Notes: a model not told the origin generated them from the letters alone. Counted from the stretch's first letter, positions 28,105 to 37,470 are shown. The stretch: 45,106 bases of DNA from Nanobdellota archaeon (GCA_020430505.1 JAGQJT010000006.1:1-45106); one strand, 5' to 3'. Made by a program: numbers and translations.

Positions 28105-28905
28105 TTACTTAACTCCATCACAGGTAGTATAATACATTATTCCACCATCAAAACTCATAGTACAACTTCCAACATTGTAAGTTCCAGTTAAACCCTCATT
28201 TTCTCCGGAAACAAAACCTTCAGATGCATGCACAAATCCAGAAACATCAAGAGTGTAACCGGGATAGTTCACACCAATTCCAACAGATTTAGAATCAATT
28301 ATAAAATCTCCTTGAGCAGCCAATGGATCTTTTTTCACCCAAAATACTGGAGTATTTTCTAATAAAAATTTCATTTGATGATCATCATGAATATATTGAA
28401 TTTCTGAAGCTTGAGGACTATCGGGTCTACTAAAAACAATTTTAGAAACTCCAGATTCTCCTTCAATTCCCAATCTGATTGCACCATTTCCAAGAATATC
28501 TAAATCATAATATCCATAGGGGTTTTCAGTTCCAATTCCAACATTTCCATTCATAAATGAAAATTTATTATTTGGAGCATCAATTATTAGTTTAGCTTGG
28601 CTTGAAGAATCAAAAGCATCTCCAATCAAAACTCTTCCTTGATAGTTTTCTATTAAAAAATCAAATCCATCATTGACAGAAACAAAATCATTTTGGTTAT
28701 TATCAAACAAAAAACTATATGCATCTCCATGATTGTTAATTTTTAATAATTCTTCGTCAACAGTATCAGAATTGTATAGAGAAGAATCTACATTAACATC
28801 TCCAAAACCTCTCTTAACAAGATAATTTTCTTGAGCACTAACCAAAGAAAGTGTAAACACCAGAGTAATTAAAACGATAAAAAGAGGCAAAAATTTAAAC
28901 TTCAT
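28105..28905 (-). CDS. secreted (Sec-type signal) protein with the same fibre-head C-terminal module as 26675..27910
   Basis: Begins MKFKFLPLFIVLITLVFTLSLVSAQE. From NDGFDFLIENYQGRVLIGDAF to SCTMSFD the sequence is nearly identical to the pilin-like paralogue. Confidence 0.8.
   Translation of the reverse strand: MKFKFLPLFIVLITLVFTLSLVSAQENYLVKRGFGDVNVDSSLYNSDTVDEELLKINNHGDAYSFLFDNNQNDFVSVNDGFDFLIENYQGRVLIGDAFDSSSQAKLIIDAPNNKFSFMNGNVGIGTENPYGYYDLDILGNGAIRLGIEGESGVSKIVFSRPDSPQASEIQYIHDDHQMKFLLENTPVFWVKKDPLAAQGDFIIDSKSVGIGVNYPGYTLDVSGFVHASEGFVSGENEGLTGTYNVGSCTMSFDGGIMYYTTCDGVK
28146..28674. repeat. 529-bp direct repeat, copy B (pairs with 26704-27232)
   Basis: See copy A. The two copies flank the tRNA-Ile gene. 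Confidence 0.9.
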
Positions 28906-28925
28906 AGTAAAAAATAAACCATTAT

Positions 28926-28940
28926 TTATTTAAACCTTTC
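28926..28940 (-). promoter_or_regulatory. BRE/TATA-like promoter motif GAAAGGTTTAAATAA
   Basis: Read on the minus strand, it lies 21-35 nt upstream of the ATG at 28905. Confidence 0.45.
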
Positions 28941-28955
28941 TATCCAAAAAGAAAT

Positions 28956-29144
28956 ATGTCAAAGAAAAAATTATATCGAAGCAAGAAAGACAGGATACTT
29001 GGAGGAGTTTGCGCAGGAATAGCTGAATATGTTGATGCGGATCCTACAATAATAAGATTACTTTGTGTTGTTGCAACCCTTCTATGGGGAGCGGGATTAC
29101 TTGCATATATAATAGCATGGATAATAATTCCAGAGAAGAAGTAG
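28956..29144 (+). CDS. PspC-domain membrane protein
   Basis: The sequence LYRSKKDRILGGVCAGIAEYVDADPTIIRLLCVVATLLWGAGLLAYIIAWIIIP is a textbook PspC domain. Confidence 0.85.
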   Translation: MSKKKLYRSKKDRILGGVCAGIAEYVDADPTIIRLLCVVATLLWGAGLLAYIIAWIIIPEKK

Positions 29145-29180
29145 TTACTTTTAAAAACCAAATTTTTCTTAATTAATCAA

Positions 29181-29253
29181 GCCCCGATAGTACAGAGGCC
29201 AAGTATGCTAGCCTTTCACGCTAGTGACCCGGGTTCGAATCCCGGTCGGGGCG
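29181..29253 (+). tRNA. tRNA-Glu (anticodon UUC)
   Basis: Acceptor GCCCCGA/UCGGGGC. D stem GUAC/GUAU. Anticodon stem CUAGC/GCUAG with loop CU-UUC-AC. T arm CCGGG-UUCGAAU-CCCGG. Discriminator G, no CCA. A TATA-like ACTTTTAAAAAC lies about 25 nt upstream. Confidence 0.9.
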
Positions 29254-29520
29254 TATTAATCTAATGTCCACTTTTGGTGGGCGGAACTTATAAGAATTGT
29301 CTAAGCTATACAAAAAGAATATTCTTCTATATGAAAAGTGGTTAAAATTTATTGATAACTTAAACAAAAATAACTAAAAGCCCATCAAATCTAGACATTA
29401 AGTAAAACTATGCGGTCGGCATTCTTGTACATGTTTTGTACAATAAATTTAAAAAGAATAAAAAATCTTTAATTTCAGAGGTGTTAGTGCCTCAGACATT
29501 TAATTCTGAAAAATAATAAA

Positions 29521-29916
29521 ATGGAAGAAAAAATATATTATGTGAAAAAATTGGAAAAACCTGATTTCTCTGATTTAAGTTATATCTATAAAAATTTAAT
29601 CGTACATTTTCATCACAAGTTGACAGAATCAGACCCAACCATTTATTTTGGTCAAGTGAAAGAAGCTGTGAATAATGATTTATACCTTGAAGGATTCGCA
29701 TTAGTTGAATCTTTTAGTGAAAAATCGGGTTTAGAAAAGCAAGTTGTTTTTGGGAAAGAATATCTTGGAAGATTTCCTTTCTACGAATCTCCTTTAACAA
29801 ATTGCGTTTCAGAAAAAGATAAGATTTATGAGTTTATCTCTGAAGTAAATATCAATTCTTTAAGAGAAATAGCTAACAGTAGAGACAAAAGATTTAGAGT
29901 AGAACTTTCTGAATAA
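29521..29916 (+). CDS. hypothetical protein
   Basis: 131-aa ORF with no recognisable motif. Confidence 0.5.
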   Translation: MEEKIYYVKKLEKPDFSDLSYIYKNLIVHFHHKLTESDPTIYFGQVKEAVNNDLYLEGFALVESFSEKSGLEKQVVFGKEYLGRFPFYESPLTNCVSEKDKIYEFISEVNINSLREIANSRDKRFRVELSE

Positions 29917-30024
29917 GAACTTATTTTACAAAAATCCATAATGTTCCAAGATGTACTCTTATGAGGTTGAAACATTTCCAAAATAATTATAAATTATGAA
30001 ATTTTAAAAAGAAAGGAGGAAAAA

Positions 30025-30264
30025 ATGAAAAAAGAAGTAATAGAAAAATTTGCTGCTTTAATAACAGCCGCTTTTGGTTTAATTGCTGCTTTAGCTTGGA
30101 ATGGTGCAATCCAAACGATTTTCAAAAGAATTTTTGGTGAAGCGAATTCAATCGGAGCAATGTTAACCTATGCAATTATTGTTACATTAATAGCTGTTTG
30201 GGCTACAATGGCAATAGGAAAAGCTGCAGAAAAAGCAAAAAATGAAAAACCTAGAAAAGAATAA
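30025..30264 (+). CDS. small two-TM membrane protein (DUF5654-like)
   Basis: 79 aa. The segment ALITAAFGLIAALAWNGAIQTIF plus a second TM resembles a small archaeal membrane protein family. AGGAGG lies 6-11 nt upstream of the ATG. Confidence 0.6.
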   Translation: MKKEVIEKFAALITAAFGLIAALAWNGAIQTIFKRIFGEANSIGAMLTYAIIVTLIAVWATMAIGKAAEKAKNEKPRKE

Positions 30265-30529
30265 GTTTTATTTCATAAAAGTAAAACATTATGGCCGTGA
30301 ATTAGAATATAGAGGAAAGATCATGTGGATTCACGGAGACGAATTTAGAATGCAATGTGAAGACGATTGCAGATTAAGATTCAAATTAAAACAAGTTTTT
30401 TATATTCGGGAATTAAATGAAAACGAAATAAAAAAGATAGAATATAAACCGCTTCAAATAAATCAAAAAAGAGTATTTATTCCAAGACATAAACTGAAAA
30501 AAATGGAAGAACCTGAAGGGTTAAACTAA
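30242..30529 (+). CDS. hypothetical protein
   Basis: 95-aa ORF that overlaps the upstream gene by 23 nt. No motif recognised. Confidence 0.4.
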   Translation: MKNLEKNKFYFIKVKHYGRELEYRGKIMWIHGDEFRMQCEDDCRLRFKLKQVFYIRELNENEIKKIEYKPLQINQKRVFIPRHKLKKMEEPEGLN

Positions 30530-31054
30530 TCTCCCAATGTACCCTTCTATTTCAGAGAGTCCTCCCAAAGCATAAGCAAGACATCTAGAATTCCCATCCC
30601 AAACATCATAATCAAATTTTTCCGCTGAAGAATCTCTTTCTCTGATAAGCTGCCCTTCCAAAAAAATAGGGGGAAAATTAAATTTGGTGAAATTAAAAGA
30701 ATCGCTTATCCCTCTAATGTTTTCTGATAGTTTAGAAGGAATATTTTTTGAATCCAAAAAGCCAACCAAATTTGAAGAATCCATTACTGAACCCTTAGTA
30801 TAAATTGGATCAAGATTTTTCATTCCTGGCCACAAACCTGCGTGGTAGAGATTTACAATTTCTTTGGTCCACTCAAAATTTCCATATTTTTCTAGATTCC
30901 ATCCTAAATCAGAAGAAATTTTCATTACTTCGTCATCTCCCAAAGAATAAACCCAATTTTTCAAAGAAGAAAAATCAAGAGGATTAAGATAGTCCTTATA
31001 GGAATTCGTTAAAATGACTTGCTTACGAACATCAATCTCAGGAATTGAGTTCAT
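30521..31054 (-). CDS. hypothetical protein, translationally coupled to the GT4 gene
   Basis: 177-aa ORF. Its ATG overlaps the GT4 stop codon as ATGA (31051-31054). Confidence 0.6.
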   Translation of the reverse strand: MNSIPEIDVRKQVILTNSYKDYLNPLDFSSLKNWVYSLGDDEVMKISSDLGWNLEKYGNFEWTKEIVNLYHAGLWPGMKNLDPIYTKGSVMDSSNLVGFLDSKNIPSKLSENIRGISDSFNFTKFNFPPIFLEGQLIRERDSSAEKFDYDVWDGNSRCLAYALGGLSEIEGYIGRLV

Positions 31055-32235
31055 TGTTTTCCCTCTAAAATTTTTTTGTAAAGGTTAGAATACATCTTCA
31101 TTGAACGCTTCAAACTATATTTTTCAGAACTAGGTCGAGCATTTTGAGATAATTCTTCTTTCAAACCTTTTTCATGAAAAAATCTTAATAAAGCATTTCC
31201 AATTTCTGAAACAGAGGAAGGATCAACGGAAATTCCATTGTATTCATCCTGAACAATTTCTGTGGAAGAACCATAATTAGTTGCGATCACAGGAGTTCCG
31301 CATGCAAGGGATTCTCTCATAACCCTACTTAACCCTTCCCAAAGAGTCGGCAAAACAAAAACGTCTGCCCAAGAATAATATGATGGTAACTCATTTTTAT
31401 TTTTAGATCCTAAAAAATAACTGACTCCTTCAAGATTTAAATTTTTTTGAAGCGCTTTTATCTCTTTTGCTTTTACAGATTGTGCATCTTCGCTACCAAC
31501 ATGTAAATGAACCAAACCAGGCAAATCCTCTCTAACAGTATCAATTGCTTTCAATAGAGTTTCTATATTTTTTCCTCGGACAAGTCTACTAGAACTAAAA
31601 ATTTTGTACTTTACGCCAAGAAACTCTTTTGGGAGATATTTTGAAATTTCTTCTTCGCTTTGGGGCTTAAAAAAATCTCTATCTATCCCATTGTGAATGA
31701 CACTAATTTTTTTGGGATCAACCCCGAATTTCTCTTTAGCAAGGGCTTGTAATTCATAAGACTCACAAACCAATGCATCAACTTCTTTTAAAGAATGACT
31801 CAATCTAGTTGGATCATGAGCACTCACCATTAAGGGGGACGAAGAAAAATCTCTAGCAATGATACCCATATCAACAGCAAAATGAGTATTAAATGCCCTT
31901 ATTAAATTAGGGTTAAAATTTTCAACAACTTTTTTTATTGACTCTGAATCCTGCATAAAAATGTCTTTGAAAGAAGCCTTAGACGAATCAAACAAAATCT
32001 CAAAATTTTTCAATTTAGCATAGAGTTGTTCTGCAGCAGATTTATACTTCAAAACGGAATTGGATTTTATTCCAAAATATTCCTCATTCTGTTCGTCTCT
32101 CCAATTTAAAAATTGAACTTCATCGAAAAATCTTTCGCCATAAAAAAGAGGATTAAATTCCCCCAAAAAATCTTCTTTTGGACTTCTAAAGTAACTTTTC
32201 AAAGGATCATTTGGAATTGCAAGTAATTTTTTCAT
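31051..32235 (-). CDS. glycosyltransferase family 4 (GT1/GT4 fold)
   Basis: C-terminal E-x7-E region: FVLPTLWEGLSRVMRESLACGTPVIATNYGSSTEIVQDEYNG. Confidence 0.85.
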   Translation of the reverse strand: MKKLLAIPNDPLKSYFRSPKEDFLGEFNPLFYGERFFDEVQFLNWRDEQNEEYFGIKSNSVLKYKSAAEQLYAKLKNFEILFDSSKASFKDIFMQDSESIKKVVENFNPNLIRAFNTHFAVDMGIIARDFSSSPLMVSAHDPTRLSHSLKEVDALVCESYELQALAKEKFGVDPKKISVIHNGIDRDFFKPQSEEEISKYLPKEFLGVKYKIFSSSRLVRGKNIETLLKAIDTVREDLPGLVHLHVGSEDAQSVKAKEIKALQKNLNLEGVSYFLGSKNKNELPSYYSWADVFVLPTLWEGLSRVMRESLACGTPVIATNYGSSTEIVQDEYNGISVDPSSVSEIGNALLRFFHEKGLKEELSQNARPSSEKYSLKRSMKMYSNLYKKILEGKQ

Positions 32236-32236
32236 T

Positions 32237-33097
32237 TCAAGCTACCTTTTGCCAAGAAAAACAAGTATTATTCTCTTCATTCTTGCCTTGAAATTTAACT
32301 TCCACCTCTAGACCTTCTTTTCTGAGAATTGAATTTCTAATAGCTTCCATTGCAGAACTTCTTGCCTTATCTGCCCCATTTGTTTTCCCCTTAATATGTA
32401 AACGATGATTATAAAGCACTTCTGGATTTCTTGAAATCTGATCAGGATTTAAAAGTTCGCTTGCTCTAAGTGCAAAATCATAATCCTCCACATAAAAATT
32501 TCTAAAACCTTCTAAATCATCAAAAAGACTTCTCTTAAAACATTCTACAGCACCAATAAAATTAAATTCCAATAATTTTTCTCTAGAGTAATCCACACCA
32601 TACCGGGTATATAAAATTCTTCCAGCTTCATCAATTTTTCTATGTTGTGAATAAGAATAAGCAACTTCAGGATGGCTTGCCATAAATTCCAAAGTTGATT
32701 TGATTGCATCTGGTTCCAAAAAATCATCTCCATCTAAGAGCATAACATATTTTCCTCTAGAAGACCTTACCCCATAATTTTTGGCATTCCAAGCTCCCAA
32801 ATTTTGGGGAGTTTTAATTGAGAAAGCATTTTGAAGACCTTTCATTTCTGAAATTGTTGCATCACGTGTACCGTCAATTGAACAATCATCTACAAATAAA
32901 ACCTCAAATAAATCAGAAGAAGCTGTCTGAGCTTTTATTGAACTAACTGTTTCAGAAATAAAATTTTTTAGATTATATGTAGGAACAATTAGACTAACCA
33001 TGGGAAATCCTTCTTTAGTTGAGACGTGTCTATAATATTCAAATGACTTTCCATCCACAATTGGAACGCTCTCTCTTTTCGAATACTTATTTTCCAT
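32237..33097 (-). CDS. glycosyltransferase family 2
   Basis: VSLIVPTYNLKNFISETVSSIKAQT, FEVLFVDDCSIDGT, and a DxD in MLLDGDDF. It lies 1 nt upstream of the GT4 gene. Confidence 0.85.
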   Translation of the reverse strand: MENKYSKRESVPIVDGKSFEYYRHVSTKEGFPMVSLIVPTYNLKNFISETVSSIKAQTASSDLFEVLFVDDCSIDGTRDATISEMKGLQNAFSIKTPQNLGAWNAKNYGVRSSRGKYVMLLDGDDFLEPDAIKSTLEFMASHPEVAYSYSQHRKIDEAGRILYTRYGVDYSREKLLEFNFIGAVECFKRSLFDDLEGFRNFYVEDYDFALRASELLNPDQISRNPEVLYNHRLHIKGKTNGADKARSSAMEAIRNSILRKEGLEVEVKFQGKNEENNTCFSWQKVA

Positions 33098-33292
33098 TTT
33101 ACTTTTAAGGGTTGTATTTTAATCCAAAAATTCGTAATTTTTAATTTCGCTCCTCATAACAAGCACCACTTTATATATTTTTCCTAAGATTTTTTAAATT
33201 TCCGTCGGAAAACTATATACTCTAGATATATAATCGAAAATAATATAGATACAAAACCAAAACCCTATAAATCCTAAACACTTAATCAAAAT

Positions 33293-34159
33293 ATGAGACC
33301 AAGATATAGTTTTTCATCAAGAAGAAACAGAAGAATTGACAAAATGACAAAGCAAAGACAAAAATATCCAGATATAGCAAAAAAAATAGTTGATACTTCT
33401 GATATAATTCTTGAAGTATTAGACTCAAGATTCCCCAACCAAACAAGAAATAAAGAATTAGAAAGTGAAATAAAAACCCAAAAGAAGAAAATAATCTATG
33501 TTTTGAATAAATCCGATTTAGCAAAAAACCAAAAAAGAACACTTCCAACCCCAAATGTTAAGGTTTCCTGCACAAAAAGAATTGGAATAAAGCAACTTAG
33601 AGACAAAATAAAACAGATTTCTAAAACAATTGAACAAAGAGAAACAAGAGAATTAAGAAAAGACAAAGTAGTAAAAGGGGAAGATTCAAGAATAAAAGTG
33701 GGAGTTATTGGATATCCAAATACAGGAAAATCTTCTCTATTAAACCTTCTATCTGGTAAAAAAGCTGCAGGAGTTGGGTCGGAAGCAGGGTTTACAAAAG
33801 GTGTTCAAAAGATAAGACTTTCTTCAGAAATAGTCTTAATAGACACACCAGGAGTTATTCCAGAAGAAGATTATTCTCAAACAGAAAAAAAGAAAATTGC
33901 CCAAAACACCATGTTTGGAGGAAAATCTTACACTCAAATAAAAGAACCTGAGATAGTGATCCATAGAATTTTAGAAGAATTTCCAAATTCATTAGAAAAA
34001 CACTACAAAATAAAATTAGAAAACAATTTAGATTCAGAAGAATTAATAGAGAAAGTAGGAAATTTAAAAGGATTCTTTAAAAAAGGAAACAAAGTTGATG
34101 AAGATAAAACTGCTAGAGAAATTCTAAGAGCTTGGCAGAAAGGTGAAATTAATATCTAA
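33293..34159 (+). CDS. circularly permuted YlqF/RbgA-family GTPase
   Basis: Motif order is G4 (LNKSDL), G1 (GYPNTGKSSLLN), G3 (DTPGV), preceded by DIILEVLDSRFP. The start could instead be the ATG at 33344 (MTKQRQ). Confidence 0.8.
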   Translation: MRPRYSFSSRRNRRIDKMTKQRQKYPDIAKKIVDTSDIILEVLDSRFPNQTRNKELESEIKTQKKKIIYVLNKSDLAKNQKRTLPTPNVKVSCTKRIGIKQLRDKIKQISKTIEQRETRELRKDKVVKGEDSRIKVGVIGYPNTGKSSLLNLLSGKKAAGVGSEAGFTKGVQKIRLSSEIVLIDTPGVIPEEDYSQTEKKKIAQNTMFGGKSYTQIKEPEIVIHRILEEFPNSLEKHYKIKLENNLDSEELIEKVGNLKGFFKKGNKVDEDKTAREILRAWQKGEINI

Positions 34160-34560
34160 ATATCTCCTTTCTCAATTAAAAACTTAATATTTGGTGCAAC
34201 ATTATATTTTCCTTGCTTAATTTCTTCTATGTCTAACCACTTAATTTCTTTTATTGGTTCTAAAGGTCTTATTTCCTCTTTATTTTTTAATTTAGTTAGA
34301 TAATGGATTAGCACAATGCAAGCCTTCTCACCATTTCCAGGGTCTTTCCAAATTATCATTGGATGTAATGGTTTCAGAATTTCAACTTCCCCATTAATTT
34401 CTTCCTTAACCTCTCTATGACAAGCTTCTTCCAAATCTTCAATGTCTTCTTCAACAGTTCCACCAGGAAGTTTATAAAAATCATCTTTGTTGTCTAAGTT
34501 AACTAATAACCTTCCATCTTCAATAATTACAGGACCAGAAGCTACAATTAATCTTTTCAT
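34156..34560 (-). CDS. Nudix hydrolase
   Basis: Nudix box: GGTVEEDIEDLEEACHREVKEEINGEV. Confidence 0.85.
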   Translation of the reverse strand: MKRLIVASGPVIIEDGRLLVNLDNKDDFYKLPGGTVEEDIEDLEEACHREVKEEINGEVEILKPLHPMIIWKDPGNGEKACIVLIHYLTKLKNKEEIRPLEPIKEIKWLDIEEIKQGKYNVAPNIKFLIEKGDI

Positions 34561-34619
34561 AAGATATAATGCAAAATAGATTATAAAAACTTAATCATGT
34601 AAATTTATTTAAAGAAACT

Positions 34620-35636
34620 TTGAAGAGAAACTTTATGACTCAATTAAAATTGTGGAATAAAGATTATTTAGATAAATTCATAGATCTCTCTCAGTCTGTG
34701 ATGCCAATTCATTCTGAGAATGCTCCCCCTACTGAAAGATTAGAATGGTGGGAGTTATCTGAAAAAGATCCTGCATACCATGCCTTGAAAGAAATTGAAG
34801 AAATAAGGCTTTATAATCAAAAGAAAAATCTTCTAAAGAATAATTACCTCAAGATTGGCTTTTCAGATAGGTATTCTAAAACCCTTTTAAATATCTTAGA
34901 AAGAAAGAAGTTGGTTGATGAGGGCATAATCTCTTTCAAGAGTTTCTCAAGTTATTATGAAGAAACAATTAAAACTCATGATGAGCTTTTTGAAAATCCT
35001 GCTAACTTTTATCAAAAAAATAAAAAAATTAGGAATTTAGAAAAAAACATATTCACTTTCGGGAGTCTAAGTTTATCCTATTCTTTTTGTGCCTTACCTA
35101 GATTGGCCTCTTCAATAATTAAAGATGCTGAATCTGTAAGAATATGGCATGAAATTATGTTGGACACATCTGATGAAAATCACAAGTTAGAAGACTTTGA
35201 TGATTTTTTAATGGGGGGTATGAAAGAGAATGAAATAATTGATCAAAAATATGAAGCATTGGTCAAAGATCTCAGAGGAAATAAAGTGCCAGAAAACTTA
35301 CTAAAAGAATTATTTGAAAAAATCAAATATGATAAAAGAGAACACGTAAATATTTGGTTTGGAAATGCCGTAATTACAAAAAGTTCACTCATAGACTCAT
35401 TTTATGTATTCTTTGGATCTAAACTGGGTTCAGACTTTATCAAAAAATGGAGAAGTAAAAAAGATAAAGAAAAATTAAAAGAAGATTTTGAAAACCAAAT
35501 TTATACAAATCCTTATATCAATCTTGGATTAGTAGATTTGTCTTTAAGGGATTTTGGAAGTGAAAAACATTTAGAAAGAGCAAAGAGATATGAGGGGAGA
35601 AGATATGATGAACAGGACAGGGGGTTAATTGAATAA
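34620..35636 (+). CDS. hypothetical protein
   Basis: 338-aa ORF with a TTG start in the track; the first ATG is at 34635. No motif recognised. Confidence 0.5.
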   Translation: MKRNFMTQLKLWNKDYLDKFIDLSQSVMPIHSENAPPTERLEWWELSEKDPAYHALKEIEEIRLYNQKKNLLKNNYLKIGFSDRYSKTLLNILERKKLVDEGIISFKSFSSYYEETIKTHDELFENPANFYQKNKKIRNLEKNIFTFGSLSLSYSFCALPRLASSIIKDAESVRIWHEIMLDTSDENHKLEDFDDFLMGGMKENEIIDQKYEALVKDLRGNKVPENLLKELFEKIKYDKREHVNIWFGNAVITKSSLIDSFYVFFGSKLGSDFIKKWRSKKDKEKLKEDFENQIYTNPYINLGLVDLSLRDFGSEKHLERAKRYEGRRYDEQDRGLIE

Positions 35637-35641
35637 AAAAA

Positions 35642-37000
35642 TTAGTCTAATTTCTTAACAACATAAATCCTATCTTCATCCAATTCATAACCTAATTTCT
35701 TATAATACTCTCTAACACCAACTCCTGAAATAACTTTTAGAAATTTTATTCCTTCAGAAGAAACAATCTTTTCGGCTTCTTGCATAAGCCATTTTCCAAA
35801 ACCTCTATGCTGAGAAATTTCTCCTTTCTCACCAAGATTCAAATTCTGGCCATAAACATGCAACTCCCTTATAATCGCCTTGCCATCAAAAATCCTCAGT
35901 CTCAAAAGTCCAAATAAAACGTCTTTTTCGTTAACGACTTCCAAAAAATATTCCGTTCCATTAGAAGCTTTATATTTTGTGGTTTTCAACTTTAAATCTT
36001 CATTCAAACTATTTTCTTTGTTAAAACCAATTTCTCTTAATCTAATTTCTTTAATTTCAACGCCTTGTTTTTTTAGATTTTCTTCAATAATATTTCTTAA
36101 ATCCAATTTCATTGGCTCAGTAAGCATTTTTTCTTTGGGAATCTCCCTCATAATTCTCATAATTCTACAATAATTTGGAATGATTGGGAACATCTCTGAA
36201 AGAAGTTTTTTCATTTGTTCTGTAGAATAAGATTTGTAACCAATTTTTTCGTACATTTTAGCCAAAGGAGAATCTTCAACAATTTGACACGGATAAATCT
36301 TAAGTTGATCTGGTCTAAAATCTTCTTTATCAAAAAGCATTCTAAATAATTTCAAATCTTTTTCAGGATTACTATAAGGCAAACCAGGCATAAAGTGATA
36401 ACCAACTTTAAACCCCGCATTTTTCAATCTCTTTGTTGCATCAACAACATCCTGAACAGTATGACCTCTATTTATTTTTTTATAAATCTCATCATCTGGT
36501 AATTGAACACCAATTTCCACCCTTGTACATCCAAATTCCAACATTCTCTTAATTTCTTCATCAGAACAATTATCTGGCCTGTTTTCAATGCACAAAGCGA
36601 CACATCTATTTTCTGCAGTTTCATTTATCTTTTTTGCTTCTTCAAGATTATTCGATTTTTTTCCATTCAAAGAATCAAAACAAGATTTTATGAAATCATA
36701 TTGATAGTCTAGATCATACTGCAAAAAAGTTCCACCCAAAACAATTATTTCAATTTTATCTGTTGGATGTCCCATTTTTTTTAAAACTTTTAATCTGGCT
36801 TGAACTTGTTCATAGGGATCAAATTTCAAATCCAAAGCCCTCATAATCGCAGGACTCTTATCAGTATAACTTTGAGGAACAAAATCTCCTCCAGGACAAT
36901 AAATACAAGTTCCATGATTACATTTTCTCGGTTTTAGTACGACTGTCAAAGGTGTAACTCCAGACGCACTTCTTACAGGTTTTTTTGGTTTTTCCATCAA
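35642..37000 (-). CDS. elp3: Elp3-type radical SAM / GNAT acetyltransferase (tRNA U34 modification)
   Basis: Radical SAM cluster motif CNHGTCIYCPGG, a TIM-barrel-like middle region, and a C-terminal GNAT segment (RELHVYG...QHRGFGKWLMQEAE). At 452 aa it is on the short side for Elp3. Confidence 0.9.
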   Translation of the reverse strand: MMEKPKKPVRSASGVTPLTVVLKPRKCNHGTCIYCPGGDFVPQSYTDKSPAIMRALDLKFDPYEQVQARLKVLKKMGHPTDKIEIIVLGGTFLQYDLDYQYDFIKSCFDSLNGKKSNNLEEAKKINETAENRCVALCIENRPDNCSDEEIKRMLEFGCTRVEIGVQLPDDEIYKKINRGHTVQDVVDATKRLKNAGFKVGYHFMPGLPYSNPEKDLKLFRMLFDKEDFRPDQLKIYPCQIVEDSPLAKMYEKIGYKSYSTEQMKKLLSEMFPIIPNYCRIMRIMREIPKEKMLTEPMKLDLRNIIEENLKKQGVEIKEIRLREIGFNKENSLNEDLKLKTTKYKASNGTEYFLEVVNEKDVLFGLLRLRIFDGKAIIRELHVYGQNLNLGEKGEISQHRGFGKWLMQEAEKIVSSEGIKFLKVISGVGVREYYKKLGYELDEDRIYVVKKLD

Positions 37001-37047
37001 ACATTCAAAATAAAAACACTTTTAAACCATTCGAAATTAGACAAAAA

Positions 37048-37470
37048 ATGATTATGGGAAAAAAATTTAATACAAATGAGAAGACCGTAAGAGATATGCT
37101 AAAATTCGGAGAGTACCCTGTAAGAAAGATATATCTCACCAATGGCACAATTTTCAATAATGGATTAAAAGAAGCATTTAGAGAATTCCCCAAATATTGG
37201 ATAGAGCTTGGAAACGGAACTTTTGTTGAAAACAAACTATCTAAAGAATACCAAAACACAAGAAAGGGAAAATTATTCAAATATCTTTTATCTTTAAAAC
37301 CTGCAACTGAATTGAATATAAAACCAAAAGATTTTTACAATGCGGAAGATAGAAAAAATGGGTTTGAATTTGACATCCATAAAAAAGGACATCCAATTTT
37401 AGAAGAAAAAGTTCTAGAGATAGATTTAGAAAAAAAATCTTTAAGTGTTTCCAGGAAATTTAAAATTTAA
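37048..37470 (+). CDS. hypothetical protein
   Basis: The ORF is trimmed to the ATG at 37048 (MIMGKKF), because the tracked 36985 start overlaps the divergent elp3 start. Confidence 0.45.
   Translation: MIMGKKFNTNEKTVRDMLKFGEYPVRKIYLTNGTIFNNGLKEAFREFPKYWIELGNGTFVENKLSKEYQNTRKGKLFKYLLSLKPATELNIKPKDFYNAEDRKNGFEFDIHKKGHPILEEKVLEIDLEKKSLSVSRKFKI

Noticed and set aside
26704-28674. The 529-bp near-identical repeats could be a diversity-generating retroelement TR/VR pair
   Set aside because: The differences between the copies are mixed transitions and transversions at G, T, C and A positions rather than adenine-specific. No reverse transcriptase gene is in the window, and both copies are coding. 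A paralogous duplication or gene conversion explains them.
28940-29161. 73-aa minus-strand ORF
   Set aside because: It is antisense to the clearly recognisable PspC-domain gene at 28956..29144.
29254-29520. The non-coding stretch after tRNA-Glu could be an integration site of a mobile element
   Set aside because: I found no direct repeat of the tRNA 3' end elsewhere in the window and no integrase, so there is not enough evidence.
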